Below are positions 1 to 10,700 of a stretch of 64,000 nucleotides of DNA, in pieces. The DNA lies in the NCBI GenBank assembly GCA_965240325.2, contig OZ251240.1:1054001-1118000 (forward strand). Reading direction: 5' to 3'. The number at the start of each line of letters is the position of its first letter. Position 1 is the stretch's first letter. This DNA comes from Rebecca billardiae RCC1528 (Eukaryota > Protista > Haptophyta). Both the position numbers and the translations under genes were made by a program. The notes under the pieces are model-generated. The model did no database searches. It had not been told where the DNA came from and saw nothing but the letters and a program-made list of their open reading frames with translations.

Positions 1-160
1 GGCTGAAAGATGGTCGCGTGCAGATCTGGCGCACCGGCGCGGAGGCACCCGCCCTCGGCCCTCGCAGGTCGCCGCGAAGATTCTACTAGGTGCGGCAACG
101 CGCCAGCACTCACCTGTTGCGCCGGTCTGTTTTGTGGCGGTGTCGTTGTGCACTACTGTT

Positions 161-297
161 TACTAAGAATAAGAGACGCACACAGCTCATCAGGCAGGCG
201 AGATTGACGCCCGCCAACTGTTGGCGGGCTACGGCCCTTGGGCGGGCGTCATCAATCTCGCCTGCCTGAGCTGTGTGCGTCTATAATATTCTTAGTA
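161..297. mobile_element. MITE-like fold-back element with ~55-bp terminal inverted repeats
   Basis: 160-215 (ttactaagaataagagacgcacacagctcatcaggcaggcgagattgacgcccgcc) is the reverse complement of 241-298 apart from small indels. TA flanks at 161-162 and 296-297. A third arm copy lies at 5787-5827. Confidence 0.7.
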
Positions 298-967
298 AGC
301 TGTGTTGGATCATGGTTGGATTATATTGCGTCAATCACGCCTGCTGCATGAACCAAGCGTGCACGTTAAATAATCAGCGCATAGGAAATCACGCCTTAAC
401 CAACATAACCAAGTTGAAAGTGTGCACGTTAAAGCACGTATGATTTAATAACGACATAGGTCGTAAAGTATTGAGAGTTGAGACGACGACGGCTCAAGGT
501 CTCCTGATTCGTCGCAATGGCCCTTTTCCCTTATGGCGGGCTATTATATTCCCCCCCGTGACGACGATTCAGGAGAACCCGCCGATGTGCGGCTTGTTGT
601 CGTATGGGGGGGGTTGGGTTTTGTATATGGGGGGGGTAAAACCACCCCTCGCGGAGAGGCTCAGGGACGGACGCAAAGATGGGCATGCACTCCCCTCCGG
701 CCCTCGCCGTCGAGCGGTCGAGGACAATCCGGAGGACGCCCGTGTCGGTATGGCACCCGCTGGGGCCGGGTCGCCGCGGCCGCACATGCTCGCGCAAGGC
801 GCCTTTGAAAATGATGACCCCAAACGACCCCAGCCCAAAACTAACCCGGGGGGCGCGTGCGCACGCACGGCGCGGGCTTCGTCTGGGCAGCCTGCGACCA
901 TAAGCAGCCTGGCAGCAGTGCGTCGGCCGTCGTGGTGAACCGATGATCCATCTGATGCGGCTGCGGC

Positions 968-3454
968 TCACGCTGACGAGGGCGGCGCCTCCGACGCCGC
1001 GGACGGGCCTCCGGGCAGGGGGCTGCCTTCGGCTTCGGCCCACGCCTCGCCAAGCGCGGAGGCGAAGAGCGCGATCGCGCCAAGCGTGCCGCGCCCGTCC
1101 GAGCGCGCCGCGGCCGCGAACGCGCGGCGCGCGAGATCGCGATCTCGTCGCAGCAGCGCGACGACGGCGGCGAGCAGCGGGCGGCGGAGCACCGCGTCGG
1201 TGACGGCGGCGTGCGCGGGCACCCAGCCGGTCGGGCTGAGCGCGCGCGCCGCCGAGCCGCTCAGCGCCGCGCTCGCCTCGGTCGGCAGCCCGTCGAGCAG
1301 CCACGGCACGAGCGCGGCCGTGTGCTCGGCCGGCGCGGCGCACGCGGCGCGCAGCGCGCGCAGCCGCGCGTAGGGGTGGACGACGTCCGCGCAGAGCACG
1401 GCGGCCGCAAGCTCCGCAGCAGAGGGTGCGTGGGTGCGCGTCGCGTGCGCGACGTCCGCGTCGCGCGCCCCGCCGGCTGTCGTCGGCCACCCGTGCGCGC
1501 CGCTGCGCGCGCGCGGCTGCGGCTGCGCCAGCAGCAGGCCGCCGTCCGCAAGCGCGCCGAGCGCCCAGCGTGCCTCGGCCCCGAGTGGCAAGCAGCCGTC
1601 ACGCAGCGCGCGCGAGAGGGCCTCGCGCGCCCTGAGCTGCGCCGCCGAGAGCGGCGGCGGCAGGCGGCGCGCGAACGCGTGATTCGACGTCGGTCGCAGC
1701 ACGATCTCGAGTGAGCCGAGATCGACGGGTGCGTCCACGCCCTCGGCGGCGGCGGCGTTGGCGTCGGCGGCGGCCTCGCCGACGGCAGGCTGACGAGGGC
1801 GGGCGCGGGCAGCTCGGGCAGAGCCGTCGGCGCGCGCGCCGCGCTCGGCGTCGGCGTCGGCGCGGCCGGACGCCTCGAGCACGAAGGTGGCAATCTCCTG
1901 CGGCGGCGCGGCGAGCGCGCGCGACCACGCGCGCAGCGGCGGCGCGCGCGGCGTCGCGCCGCGCCACGCGTCGACGAGCGCGCACACGCCCGCCTCGTCC
2001 GCGTGCGCGGTCCCCGCGCCGAGGCCGCGCGAGAGAGAGCGCGCCGCCGCGCCGCGGAGGCCGCCGCCGCTGCCCACGAGTTGACGAAGCCCAAGCAGCC
2101 CGGCCGTAACATGAACCACATTACTCATATCCGGCGCGAGTTCATACGGAGCGCCGCCGCCGCCGCCGGATAGATATCGGCCCTCGGGGCGCGCGCTGAG
2201 CAGCTCGAACCACTCGCGCCCGCGCGCGCCGCCGCGCTCGTCGTCCGTGCCCGCGCCCGCGCTGCGCGGTGCGCTGGGCTCGGCGCCGCCGCTGCTGTCG
2301 GCGCAGTCCGGATGCGGCGCGGGCGGCGGAGCCGGAGCGCTCGCGGCGGCTCGCATGCTTGTAGGCATGGCGTGCGGCGCAGCGGCGTCACCCGGCTCGC
2401 CCAGCTCGGGCACGGCGCGCCGTGCGCGCGCTCTTGCCGAGCCCTCGCCCGCGCTCGCGCCGCGCGCCGCTGGCTCGCGCGTGAGCGACTCCGCCGCTGC
2501 GGCGCGCGCCCCTGCCACGCCGGTCTGTGCGGAGCGCTCGTCGAAGAAGCGAACGAGGCGCGGGTCCGCGCCGGGCGGCAGCCGGGCGCAGTCGTACCGC
2601 CCGGTGTCTGCGTTGTGCAGGCCGAACTGCAGCAGCTCGCGGACCACCACCTCCACGCAGTCGCCCCTCGGAGGCCCCCCCGCGAGGCCGTAGCGCCCGT
2701 GAGGCACGAGCGGCGCCGAGCCCACTCGCTCGACGAGCCGTCGCGCGCGCCGCTCGAGCGCGGCGGCGGCGGCGTCGTGCTCGGCGCACGGCGGCGCTTC
2801 GGCGCGCACCCACGCGTCGTACGCGCCGCCCGTGCCCTGCGCCACGGCCGCGCCGAGCGGCGAGAGCGCCTCGGGCGCGTGCGCGCCCACGCCCTGCGCG
2901 TAGCGCGCGAGGCATGCGCGCGAGTGCGCGCGCTCCCACAGGAGTCTCGTCAGAACGGCCGCGCCGGGCGCGCGGCCGAGGGCGCGGCACGCGGGGCCGT
3001 CCGGCTCGTGCATCGCGTCGCGCACGAGCTCGCCCAGCCGCACGAAGCGCGCGATCGTCACCCCCGTGCGCGACGCCAGCTCGCTCACGCCGCAGTGCGC
3101 GCGCAGCGCGGCCTCGGTCGCGGTAGCGTCCGCGCCGGCGGCGGCCAGCCCGGCGAGGTGGCCGAGCATGCGCGCGCAGAGGTATGCTGCCGGGAGCGAG
3201 CGCAGCTGCGTCGCGCGCGGCGCCTCGTCCGCCGCCGTGCGGTGGAAGAGCGCGCCCACGAGCGCCACGGTCGGCGAGGCGGAGGCGAGCGCGCGCCAAT
3301 TGGGCGCGTCGACAACGGCGGCGCATGCGTGGAGGTTCGAGTGCAGCGCGGGCGCGGCGACGAGCAGCGCGCCGCGCAGCGGCGAGAGGTGCCAGTGCGA
3401 ACGCTCGAAGAGCGCGAGGCAGCCGCGCACGTCGCGCGCGGCCAGGCCGCGCAT
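968..3454 (-). CDS. Hypothetical Ala-rich protein with a DCVE..YD..LP..FF..W..YEL.P..N domain (copy 1); start uncertain
   Basis: Long open frame with a globular core (GDCVEVVVRELLQFGLHNADTGRYDCARLP..LVRFF..EWFELLS..YELAPDMSNVVHV). First ATG at 3454. Frame intact in both copies, with mostly synonymous differences. Confidence 0.75.
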   Translation of the reverse strand: MRGLAARDVRGCLALFERSHWHLSPLRGALLVAAPALHSNLHACAAVVDAPNWRALASASPTVALVGALFHRTAADEAPRATQLRSLPAAYLCARMLGHLAGLAAAGADATATEAALRAHCGVSELASRTGVTIARFVRLGELVRDAMHEPDGPACRALGRAPGAAVLTRLLWERAHSRACLARYAQGVGAHAPEALSPLGAAVAQGTGGAYDAWVRAEAPPCAEHDAAAAALERRARRLVERVGSAPLVPHGRYGLAGGPPRGDCVEVVVRELLQFGLHNADTGRYDCARLPPGADPRLVRFFDERSAQTGVAGARAAAAESLTREPAARGASAGEGSARARARRAVPELGEPGDAAAPHAMPTSMRAAASAPAPPPAPHPDCADSSGGAEPSAPRSAGAGTDDERGGARGREWFELLSARPEGRYLSGGGGGAPYELAPDMSNVVHVTAGLLGLRQLVGSGGGLRGAAARSLSRGLGAGTAHADEAGVCALVDAWRGATPRAPPLRAWSRALAAPPQEIATFVLEASGRADADAERGARADGSARAARARPRQPAVGEAAADANAAAAEGVDAPVDLGSLEIVLRPTSNHAFARRLPPPLSAAQLRAREALSRALRDGCLPLGAEARWALGALADGGLLLAQPQPRARSGAHGWPTTAGGARDADVAHATRTHAPSAAELAAAVLCADVVHPYARLRALRAACAAPAEHTAALVPWLLDGLPTEASAALSGSAARALSPTGWVPAHAAVTDAVLRRPLLAAVVALLRRDRDLARRAFAAAARSDGRGTLGAIALFASALGEAWAEAEGSPLPGGPSAASEAPPSSA

Positions 3455-3583
3455 CCACGGGCGGCGCCCGCGCGACGCTGCGCGCCAGCCGCGACTCCGA
3501 CTCTCCGAGCACACGCCAGCGCGCACGGCGGCCAGAAGTGCATGCAGCTTGGTTGCACGCCGGCACGCGTGGGTCCCAGATTC

Positions 3584-4953
3584 ATGGCGGCCATGGCCCG
3601 AATCGCGGCGCTCGCCGCGCTACTTCTCGCGACTCGCGCGCGTGGCGTGAGCGTCGAGTGCCACCGCGACGTGTTCGGCAGCGACTACCGTGGACATATC
3701 AGCCACACGTACGCGCACGCCACGCGCTCGCACGCGCGCCTCCACCCTGTCTTCTCAGTCCTGCTGAGTGCGGGCGCACCCCTGGCGCCATCGGCGCGCG
3801 CTCGCGCAGCTGGACGGGCGCGCCATGCCAGAAGTGGACCGTGCAGCACCCGCACAAGCACGCCGAGACGCCCGAAGCGCGGCCAGACTACGGCCTCGGC
3901 GACCACAACTACTGCCGCTCCGTCGGCTACGCGTGCGCATGGTGCTACACGAACTGGAGCCTGCCGCGGTGGGACTGCTGCGACATCCACCTGCGCGGCG
4001 GCGAGTGCGAGACGCAGCCGCCGAGCCCTCCGGCGCCGCCGCCCGCGCCACGCCCGCCACCGCCCGTGCTGCTCGACCGCACCTTCGCGCGCGCCCTTCG
4101 CCGCGCGCGCATCGTCGAGCGCGCCGCGTCGTGCGCCCAGGACCGCCACTGGCCGAGCGCGACAGACGTTCCGGCGCTTGCAGAGTGCGCGCGGCTCGCG
4201 TTCCGGCACGGCCGCCGCTACTTCGCGTACTGGCGGGGTCCGGCGTACTGCTACCTGTGCACCGCGTCCGGCGTGCGCCGACGCACGCCCGCGCCCGCCG
4301 GGCTCGACACGTACTCACTTGGGTACCAGGAGACAGCGCAGAGCACGCTCGGCGCACCCGGCCGGCTTGATTCGCTGGGCACGCCCGCGGCCGAGCTCGT
4401 GCGCTTCGCGGACAGCGCGTGGGTCGAGCGCGGCGGGCGAGATGCGGCGATGCCGCCCACGCCGCCGCCCCCGCCTCCACCACCCGCCCCGCCGCCTCCG
4501 CGCGAGCCATCGCCCGCGCCGCCGCGTGCGCACGCCTGGCCGCCGCCTCAGCCTGCACCGCCGCCGGACCCTGTGCACGCGGCCGGCGCCGGGAGCGGGA
4601 GCGTGGCGGGCCTCGCCGGCGCAAGAGCGTGGCGCGGCGCGACTGCGCCCGCGGCGTTCAAGCCGCACGCCGAGAGTGGCGCCGATGGCGGCAGGATTCC
4701 GCCGCGCAGGGAGGATCCCCTGTCGGAGCGCACGCGCGCGCACGCGCGCACGCTGCTCGCAACATCACGCGCGGCGTGGATGGCCGGCGTGGCTGGCGTG
4801 TGCGCGCTCCTCGCGGTCTCGACCACACGTTTCGCCCCGAGAACTGCTCGCGCGGTCGATGGTGAAGGCGATCTCTCCCGGAAGCAGGCAGAGGCCTCTG
4901 CTCCCACCAATGGCGACGACGCCGCCACTGTCACCGTGCTTCACACAAACTGA
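3584..4953 (+). CDS. Kringle-domain type I membrane protein (signal peptide, kringle, Cys module, Pro-rich linkers, TM); exons 3584-3708 and 3810-4953 (copy 1)
   Basis: Splicing the GT..CAG intron 3709-3809 gives ECHRDVFGSDYRGHISHT-WTGAPCQKWTVQHPHKH..GLGDHNYCRS..WCYT..WDCCDI, a kringle pattern. Hydrophobic N-terminus; TM AAWMAGVAGVCALLAV. Confidence 0.9.
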
Positions 4954-5265
4954 AACAGCGGCGGCTTGTTGGTTGCAACGGCGATTCCTTCGGCGTCTGC
5001 GAATCATTGCGGTGATGAAGCTGATGCTCGCATCATCGTCATGCGTCGTCGTCAATATAAGTCGGCGACGGCGGTGATGCCGTCGATCAGACCCGCGGCG
5101 GCGGGCCAGGGCGATGTCGGCATCGGATGCCCAGCCGCATCCGTGTCCGCGGGTGCCGGCGGGTCGGATCGCGACCCGGGCCGGGCCCGGCCGGCCAGCC
5201 CCGGGCCACAGTCTCAGCCAGCAGACATCGTACGGGTCAGTCTCTTCGGCGGAGCTCATGTCAGT

Positions 5266-5274
<9 letters not shown>

Positions 5275-5322
<48 letters not shown>
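5275..5322. repeat. (AG)n microsatellite preceded by (TAG)4
   Basis: Directly visible. Confidence 0.97.
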
Positions 5323-5324
<2 letters not shown>

Positions 5325-5786
5325 GACTTCGAGACGAGAGAGAGAGACAGAGTCGTCTTGTCTATAGCCTGATCACTGATGACAGGGCTGCCCTGATTTA
5401 TTACTATCGATCTGATGAATAATAGATCTCAGTGTCGTCAGCGCATATAGGATCACCCGCCGCTGACTCATCATCACAGTCGAGTGCCAGCCCGTCGGCC
5501 AGCGGCGCCGCCCATGGGCCTGGCCCTGGCGGGGGCCCCTGCGCCCCCTGCCCCCCTGGGCGCCTGACGAGCAGTCGTGACGCGGCTGACGCCCGTGCTG
5601 GACTACGTGATGGTTGATGCCGTGCGGCCGTACACGGTATAGTATCCCGACGAATGGGCGGCGGCCGCGCGTATATTCGTCCCGATATAAGCGCGCAGCA
5701 GCCGCGCCGCCACTCGCCAGGGCGCCCGACGAGACGCCAGGCCACGGCCCGGCACGGGGCCTGCGTGTTTACAACTCATGATGAGT

Positions 5787-5827
5787 AATCTCGCCTGATG
5801 CCTGAGCTGTGTGCGTCTCTTATTCTT
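5787..5827. repeat. Solo copy of the 161-297 element's right arm
   Basis: aatctcgcctgatgcctgagctgtgtgcgtctcttattctt matches the reverse complement of ~164-204. Confidence 0.8.
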
Positions 5828-5989
5828 TATATATATTGTAAACTGTAGCTCAGCGCCGCCTCAGGCTCAGCGGTGCGTGCAGAATTTTCAAGGCAGCGCA
5901 GAGGACTTCATCATATATATATATATGCGCATCACGACTCAACCAGGAGGCCGAAGGTGCCGACGCTGCGCGCGCCATGCGCTCGTCGC

Positions 5990-7882
5990 TCACGCCGCGC
6001 CACTGTCCGCGCCCGCGCCGGTGCCCTCCGCGGCCCCGTCCAACCAGCAGTCGATGGCGCCGAGCTGCGCGTGCACCGCGGGCAGCTCGACGGCGGCCGC
6101 AGCGTCGCGTGCGCCCGCGTGTCGGGCGCGCGTCGAGCGCAGCTTGCGCCGCTGCCGCCGCGTTGGCTTCTGCCAGACGCCGGCCTCGACAGCCGCGGCT
6201 TGCTCGCGCGCGTCGATCGGTGCCGGCCTCGCGCCGACCACGTCGCGCTCCAGCACGGCCGGCGGCGCCTCCGCCGCGCCGCTCCCACCGTCAGCGGCCG
6301 CGGCGCTGTGCGCCAGTAACACCACTCGGCCGAATTGCAGCAGTGCCGACCGCTGCTCGCGGTCAAGGCGGCGGTCGCGCATGAGCACGGTCGCGCGCGC
6401 GGCGGCCGCCGAGCACGGGTCATCCCCGTCGCTCTCGGGCGCGGCCGGCTGTGGCTGCGACTGAGGTGCGGGGGGCGGAGGCGCGGGCGGCGCCGCGGCT
6501 GCTGGCGCATCCGCGCGCCGCGCGCCGCGCGCCGCGTTGAACTCGCGCGCGCGCGAGACGAGCCACGTGTCGCCGGGCCCTCCCTCGGCGACGATCTCCG
6601 CGGCAGCACTGATCGGCCCCGCCCGCGCCGCGCCCTCCGCCCGCTCCGGGTGCGCATGCAGCAGGCGCCGAAGCCTCTCGGCCAGAAGCACTCGGTGCCA
6701 CGTACGCTCCCGGAAGCGCGGCTGGCGAGCGCCACTGCCCGCCGCGCTGCCGCTACCGCGGCGGCGGCGGCGCCTGGGTCCGCGCCTCTTGCCCGCGTCG
6801 TTCGAGGCCGCGTGCTGGCGCACGGCCTCCTCGCTCGCGCCCAGCTCCGCGCACACGCCCAGCAGCCGGCAGCCCGCGTCACTCGCCCGGCCTGAGTCCA
6901 CACACTCCGACCGTTGCTCCGAAGGTTCCGAAGGTTCCGAAGGTTCTGCCCGAGGCCCTTCGACCGCCTCGAGCCGCTCGATGCGAGACTCGAGCTCGAG
7001 GCGGGCGATTCGCGCCTCGGGGTCGGCGAGGTCGGTCTGCGGCGCGGAGAGCTGCGCGGCAGCGTCCTCGACTCCCCACAGCCCGGCGGAGATGTCCAAA
7101 TCGTCGCGATCGGTTGCTACCGCGGCCGTGGGCCGCGCGTCGGCAGCGCCGCCGTTCATCGCCGCCGGGGCGCTAGCCCCGGCGTCGGCGCTCGACGGTG
7201 CGAAGAGGCCCTCGGCGAGGAGCTGGTCATCGGCCGTCCGCTCGGCGAGAAGCTCCGCGCCGCCGTCCGCCGTCTCCTCCTGCGCGATCCCAATCAGCAT
7301 GGCCGCCAGCCGGAGGCTGCCCAGAACTCGCACCTGCGAGCGGCGCTGGCGGACGCGCTCGCCGCGCGGCTTCGTGCTCGCGCCGCCGCTTGGCGGCGGT
7401 TGTGAGAGCCAGGGCAGCTGCGAGCGCTGGACCAGCTCGCGGTCCGACGTCGCGACCCACACGCTGCTCGGCGAGCTCGCGTCGTGCAGCACGGTGGCTG
7501 CGCACGCGGCGATCACGTCGTCGGCTGTCGAGTTGGGCCCGGCAAACATGTGCACGACGGCGCCGTCGACGAGGTGCGCCTCGGGCTGCGCGCCGTGATC
7601 CCACACGATGGCAACGCGGCCATCCAGACCCAGCGCCCGCGTGAAGCGGTCCACCATGTACGACAGCTGCGCCTTGGACCAACGGAAGCCCGTCAGACCG
7701 CGCACGTTGTTCCCGTCAATGATCAGGGCGGTGTCCTCGCGGGAGGCGGTGAGGGCGGCGACGGCGGCGGAGAGCTGCGCGGGCGCGAGCCGAGGCGCGC
7801 GGGGCGACCGCGGCGCGGAGCCCCGGGCCGCGCTCACGAGGAGCGCGATGGAGCAGATGACCCATCGCGCCGCGTGCGGCAT
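5990..7882 (-). CDS. NYN/YacP (Rae1)-like PIN-fold ribonuclease domain protein with N-terminal targeting peptide
   Basis: Acidic PIN motifs LIIDGNNV..VAIVWDHG..TADDVI..VWVATSDRELVQR. ATG 7882 begins MPHAARWVICSIALLVSAARGS. Confidence 0.8.
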   Translation of the reverse strand: MPHAARWVICSIALLVSAARGSAPRSPRAPRLAPAQLSAAVAALTASREDTALIIDGNNVRGLTGFRWSKAQLSYMVDRFTRALGLDGRVAIVWDHGAQPEAHLVDGAVVHMFAGPNSTADDVIAACAATVLHDASSPSSVWVATSDRELVQRSQLPWLSQPPPSGGASTKPRGERVRQRRSQVRVLGSLRLAAMLIGIAQEETADGGAELLAERTADDQLLAEGLFAPSSADAGASAPAAMNGGAADARPTAAVATDRDDLDISAGLWGVEDAAAQLSAPQTDLADPEARIARLELESRIERLEAVEGPRAEPSEPSEPSEQRSECVDSGRASDAGCRLLGVCAELGASEEAVRQHAASNDAGKRRGPRRRRRRGSGSAAGSGARQPRFRERTWHRVLLAERLRRLLHAHPERAEGAARAGPISAAAEIVAEGGPGDTWLVSRAREFNAARGARRADAPAAAAPPAPPPPAPQSQPQPAAPESDGDDPCSAAAARATVLMRDRRLDREQRSALLQFGRVVLLAHSAAAADGGSGAAEAPPAVLERDVVGARPAPIDAREQAAAVEAGVWQKPTRRQRRKLRSTRARHAGARDAAAAVELPAVHAQLGAIDCWLDGAAEGTGAGADSGAA

Positions 7883-8036
7883 CGCCGTGCGTGCCTCGGC
7901 GCGGAGTCCGGCCCCCGTTGCGAGCGCGCGGCGGGTGCTGACCGGTGACCAAGTTGCTGCTGCTGCCTTTGCGCTCAAGCGGCACCCGACAGCCGCGCAG
8001 CTTGCCCGCCGCCCACATATCGGGCTCCTGGAGTCC

Positions 8037-10608
8037 ATGACATCGGCGCAGCAGAAGGCGGCGATGGAGGAGGCGCTGCGCCGGCGTGGCTCGAGGCGCG
8101 GCCTGCTCCGCACCTCGACCGCCGGCTCGCCCGAGCGCGCGGGGGCCGACTCGACATCTGTACGGCCGGAAGAGCAGCCCGACCTCGGCGGTGAGTACGT
8201 CAACCTGCGCTCGCTGCACTACCGGCTGGCGAACGCGAACGGGCAGAAGGGCTTCTGCCTGTACGTGTGCTACTTCGTTCTGTACGTCGCCATCGTCGCC
8301 TTGCGCTACGACAGCCCCGCGGGCTACTCGAGCGTGTCCTGGCTCCAAGACGCGGTGGACAAAGAATATGACTTCATCGGCGACTGCGACGCGCGCGCCG
8401 CGGCGATGGGCGACGGCATCGACTGCTTCGACCCGTTCGTCGACCGGGGAGACACGGAGGAGCTCGCGGGCTTCCTGGGCGACGACGTGCCGCGGCTGGT
8501 GCACGCGGCCAAGAACTTCTGCCCGTACTGCCAGGTGGCGATCAGCCGTCTCGCGACGGAGCTCGACGGCCTGAGGCAGGCGGATTTCCTCTGCTCGGAC
8601 TTTGGCGTGGTGCCGGCGGCGGAGGGCCTGGTCGCCTCGCCGACGTACACCAACCTCGACTGCGACGCCGTCGACGCGGCGTGGAAGGAGCGCCCGGGCC
8701 TCGAGACGCCGCCGTGCTGCGGCGAGGGCGACCACGTCCGCTCGAGCCTCACGCTGCGCACCAAGCTTTATTTGGGTGAGCGCGCGGAGGTGGCGAAGGG
8801 GGACGGCTCGTTCGACTACGGCAGGCTGAACGACGAGGAGATGAGCGCGCGGGCCGTCGCCGACTACATCAACGCCACGCTCCACATCGGCGGCGGCGGC
8901 ATCGCGCATATCGTCATCCGGCGCGCCGATCATTTCACCGGCGTTGTGTACACCGCGCAGCTGCGAGACAGGCACTGGCTGCCTGGGCTGGTGAAGGCGC
9001 GCACGGCGTACTACTCGCTGCAAATGCGGCACAAGGCGAACGAGCCCCTGCTCGTCTTCGCCGTCCTCTTCTGGATCCTCGCCGTGCTGCACGAGCTGCT
9101 CGACGTCTTCGTCGCGTGGCGCGCGGGCCACTTTGCTGAGCGCGTGCTGAGCGCTCACTTCCTGCTTGTCGAGGTGCCGTCTCTCGTGTTGCCGTGGCTG
9201 ATGGCGGCGGTGCGCGGCGCGCTGCGGCAGGACCAGCACGTCGTCGCCACGTCGATCATCGAGGTGGTCATGTTCGTCCGCGTCTTCACCGACGGCATCG
9301 TCGTGCCGCCCCTCCGCGTGATCGTTAAGACGGTGTGCGCGGCGCGTCCTGCGCGCGCGGATGCGCGCGGATGCGCGCGGATGCGCGCGGATGCGCCGCG
9401 CGCGCGCGCCGCACGCGCGCGCACGCACCGCCGCGTGAGTCACGCTGACGCCGCGCGCCTCGCGCCGCGCTCCCGCCACGCGCGGCGGCGCACAGGTGAC
9501 CAACGCGGTGCGCCAGCTGAGCATGTTCTCACTAGTCGTGCTCGGCACGTGTGCCTTCTTCGCGGTGCTCAACATGCAGATGTTCGGCGTATTCGAGGAG
9601 GACTTCCGAGATTTCGGCACGGCGTTCAGCGCGGTGTTCATGATCATCGTCGAGGGCTCGCCGTTCGAAGGCGATCGGTTCCGGGTGGCGCCCGCGGGCG
9701 CGTACCTGATGCTCTTCGTCGCCAACTTCGCGGTCTTTCTGATGCAGGCTCAGTTCTTCATCGCGATCCTGGTGGGCGCGTTCGACGCGACGCGCGAGTC
9801 GGAGGAGGCGACCGAGAGCGCGCGCCAGCTGCCCGCCGGCTTTGAGGAGCTGCCGCGCGCCGAGCGCACGCCGCAGCGCGCGCAGGCGCGCTCGCTCGCC
9901 GTCTTCTTCGCCACGTACCGCTTCTACGGCGTGTTCACGTGGGAGCTGCTGCCGAGTGTGGACGTGGCCGTACACGCAGCGGAGGAGCGCGTGCAAGCGC
10001 GGTGCGCGGAGCGCGGACTGCCGTACGACCCGAGCTCGCTGATGGTCTCGCGCGCGCAGCTCGAGGCGCTGCTCGGCGCCGAGCCCGCGGCGCACGTGGT
10101 CGGCCTGATGGGCGCGCGCTGCGTCGCGCCGCACAAGGCGGAGCTGACCGTGCTCGTGCCGCCGCCGGTGGCGGAGGAGGATGCAGTCGGCGCAGCTGGC
10201 GGCGGTCCGCACCGCGCGCCCGGCCCGAAAGGCGAGCACGATGGGGCGAGCGATGCCGCCAGCGGCGCAGGCGGCGCATATGCGCACAGCGCGCTGCCCG
10301 CCGTGCACGAGACGGGCGCCGACGATGAATCGCCAGGCAACCCAAGCAGGCGCCGAGCCCGCCTGCGCGATGGCGGCCGGGGCGGCGGCGCGGCGGGCGC
10401 GCGCGCTCCCTTCGACGGCGTCGACCCGGAGGCGGGCGGTGCTGGGGCGTACGCGCCGCCATATGGATATGCTTCCGACCCCGCGACGGGCGAGCCCGTC
10501 GTACGCGCGCGCGTATCATCCAGCCGGCCGCGTGACCGGCGACGAGCGGCCAGTGCTGCGTCACGCGCGGCTCCAGCTGGCGAGGAGCCCTTCATCGAGC
10601 CACGCTAA
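8037..10608 (+). CDS. Polycystin-2/TRPP-like cation channel, ~802 aa; exons 8037-9332 and 9496-10608
   Basis: One TM, a large Cys-containing extracellular loop, then further TMs. S5-pore-S6 reads FAVLNMQMFG..DFRDFGTAFSAVF..G..QFFIAILVGAFD. Phase-0 GTGTGC..CACAG intron 9333-9495. Confidence 0.85.
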
Positions 10609-10700
10609 GCCGTACTAAGTCTGCTGCCAGCGCAGCAAACGATTCGTTTGAAACTTTGTAGTCAGAATGATGCCGGCCTATATAAGCCTATATGTAATAT

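Larger units (their letters stand above)
909..5045. repeat. Arm 1 of a ~4.1 kb inverted segmental duplication (partner 15149-19292)
   Basis: Position x pairs with 20191-x across the coding core. The ORF track gives essentially identical proteins on opposite strands (968..3526- vs 16665..19223+). Confidence 0.97.

Noticed and set aside
300-860. Degenerate ~55-60-bp tandem (aatcacgcct..aaccaag..gtgcacgttaaa) and G/C-run imperfect inverted repeats
   Set aside because: Probably transposon debris, but no termini, TSD or second copy is visible, so it cannot be classified.
9351-9393. (GCGCGCGGAT)4 minisatellite
   Set aside because: Lies inside the TRPP intron; ordinary local slippage.
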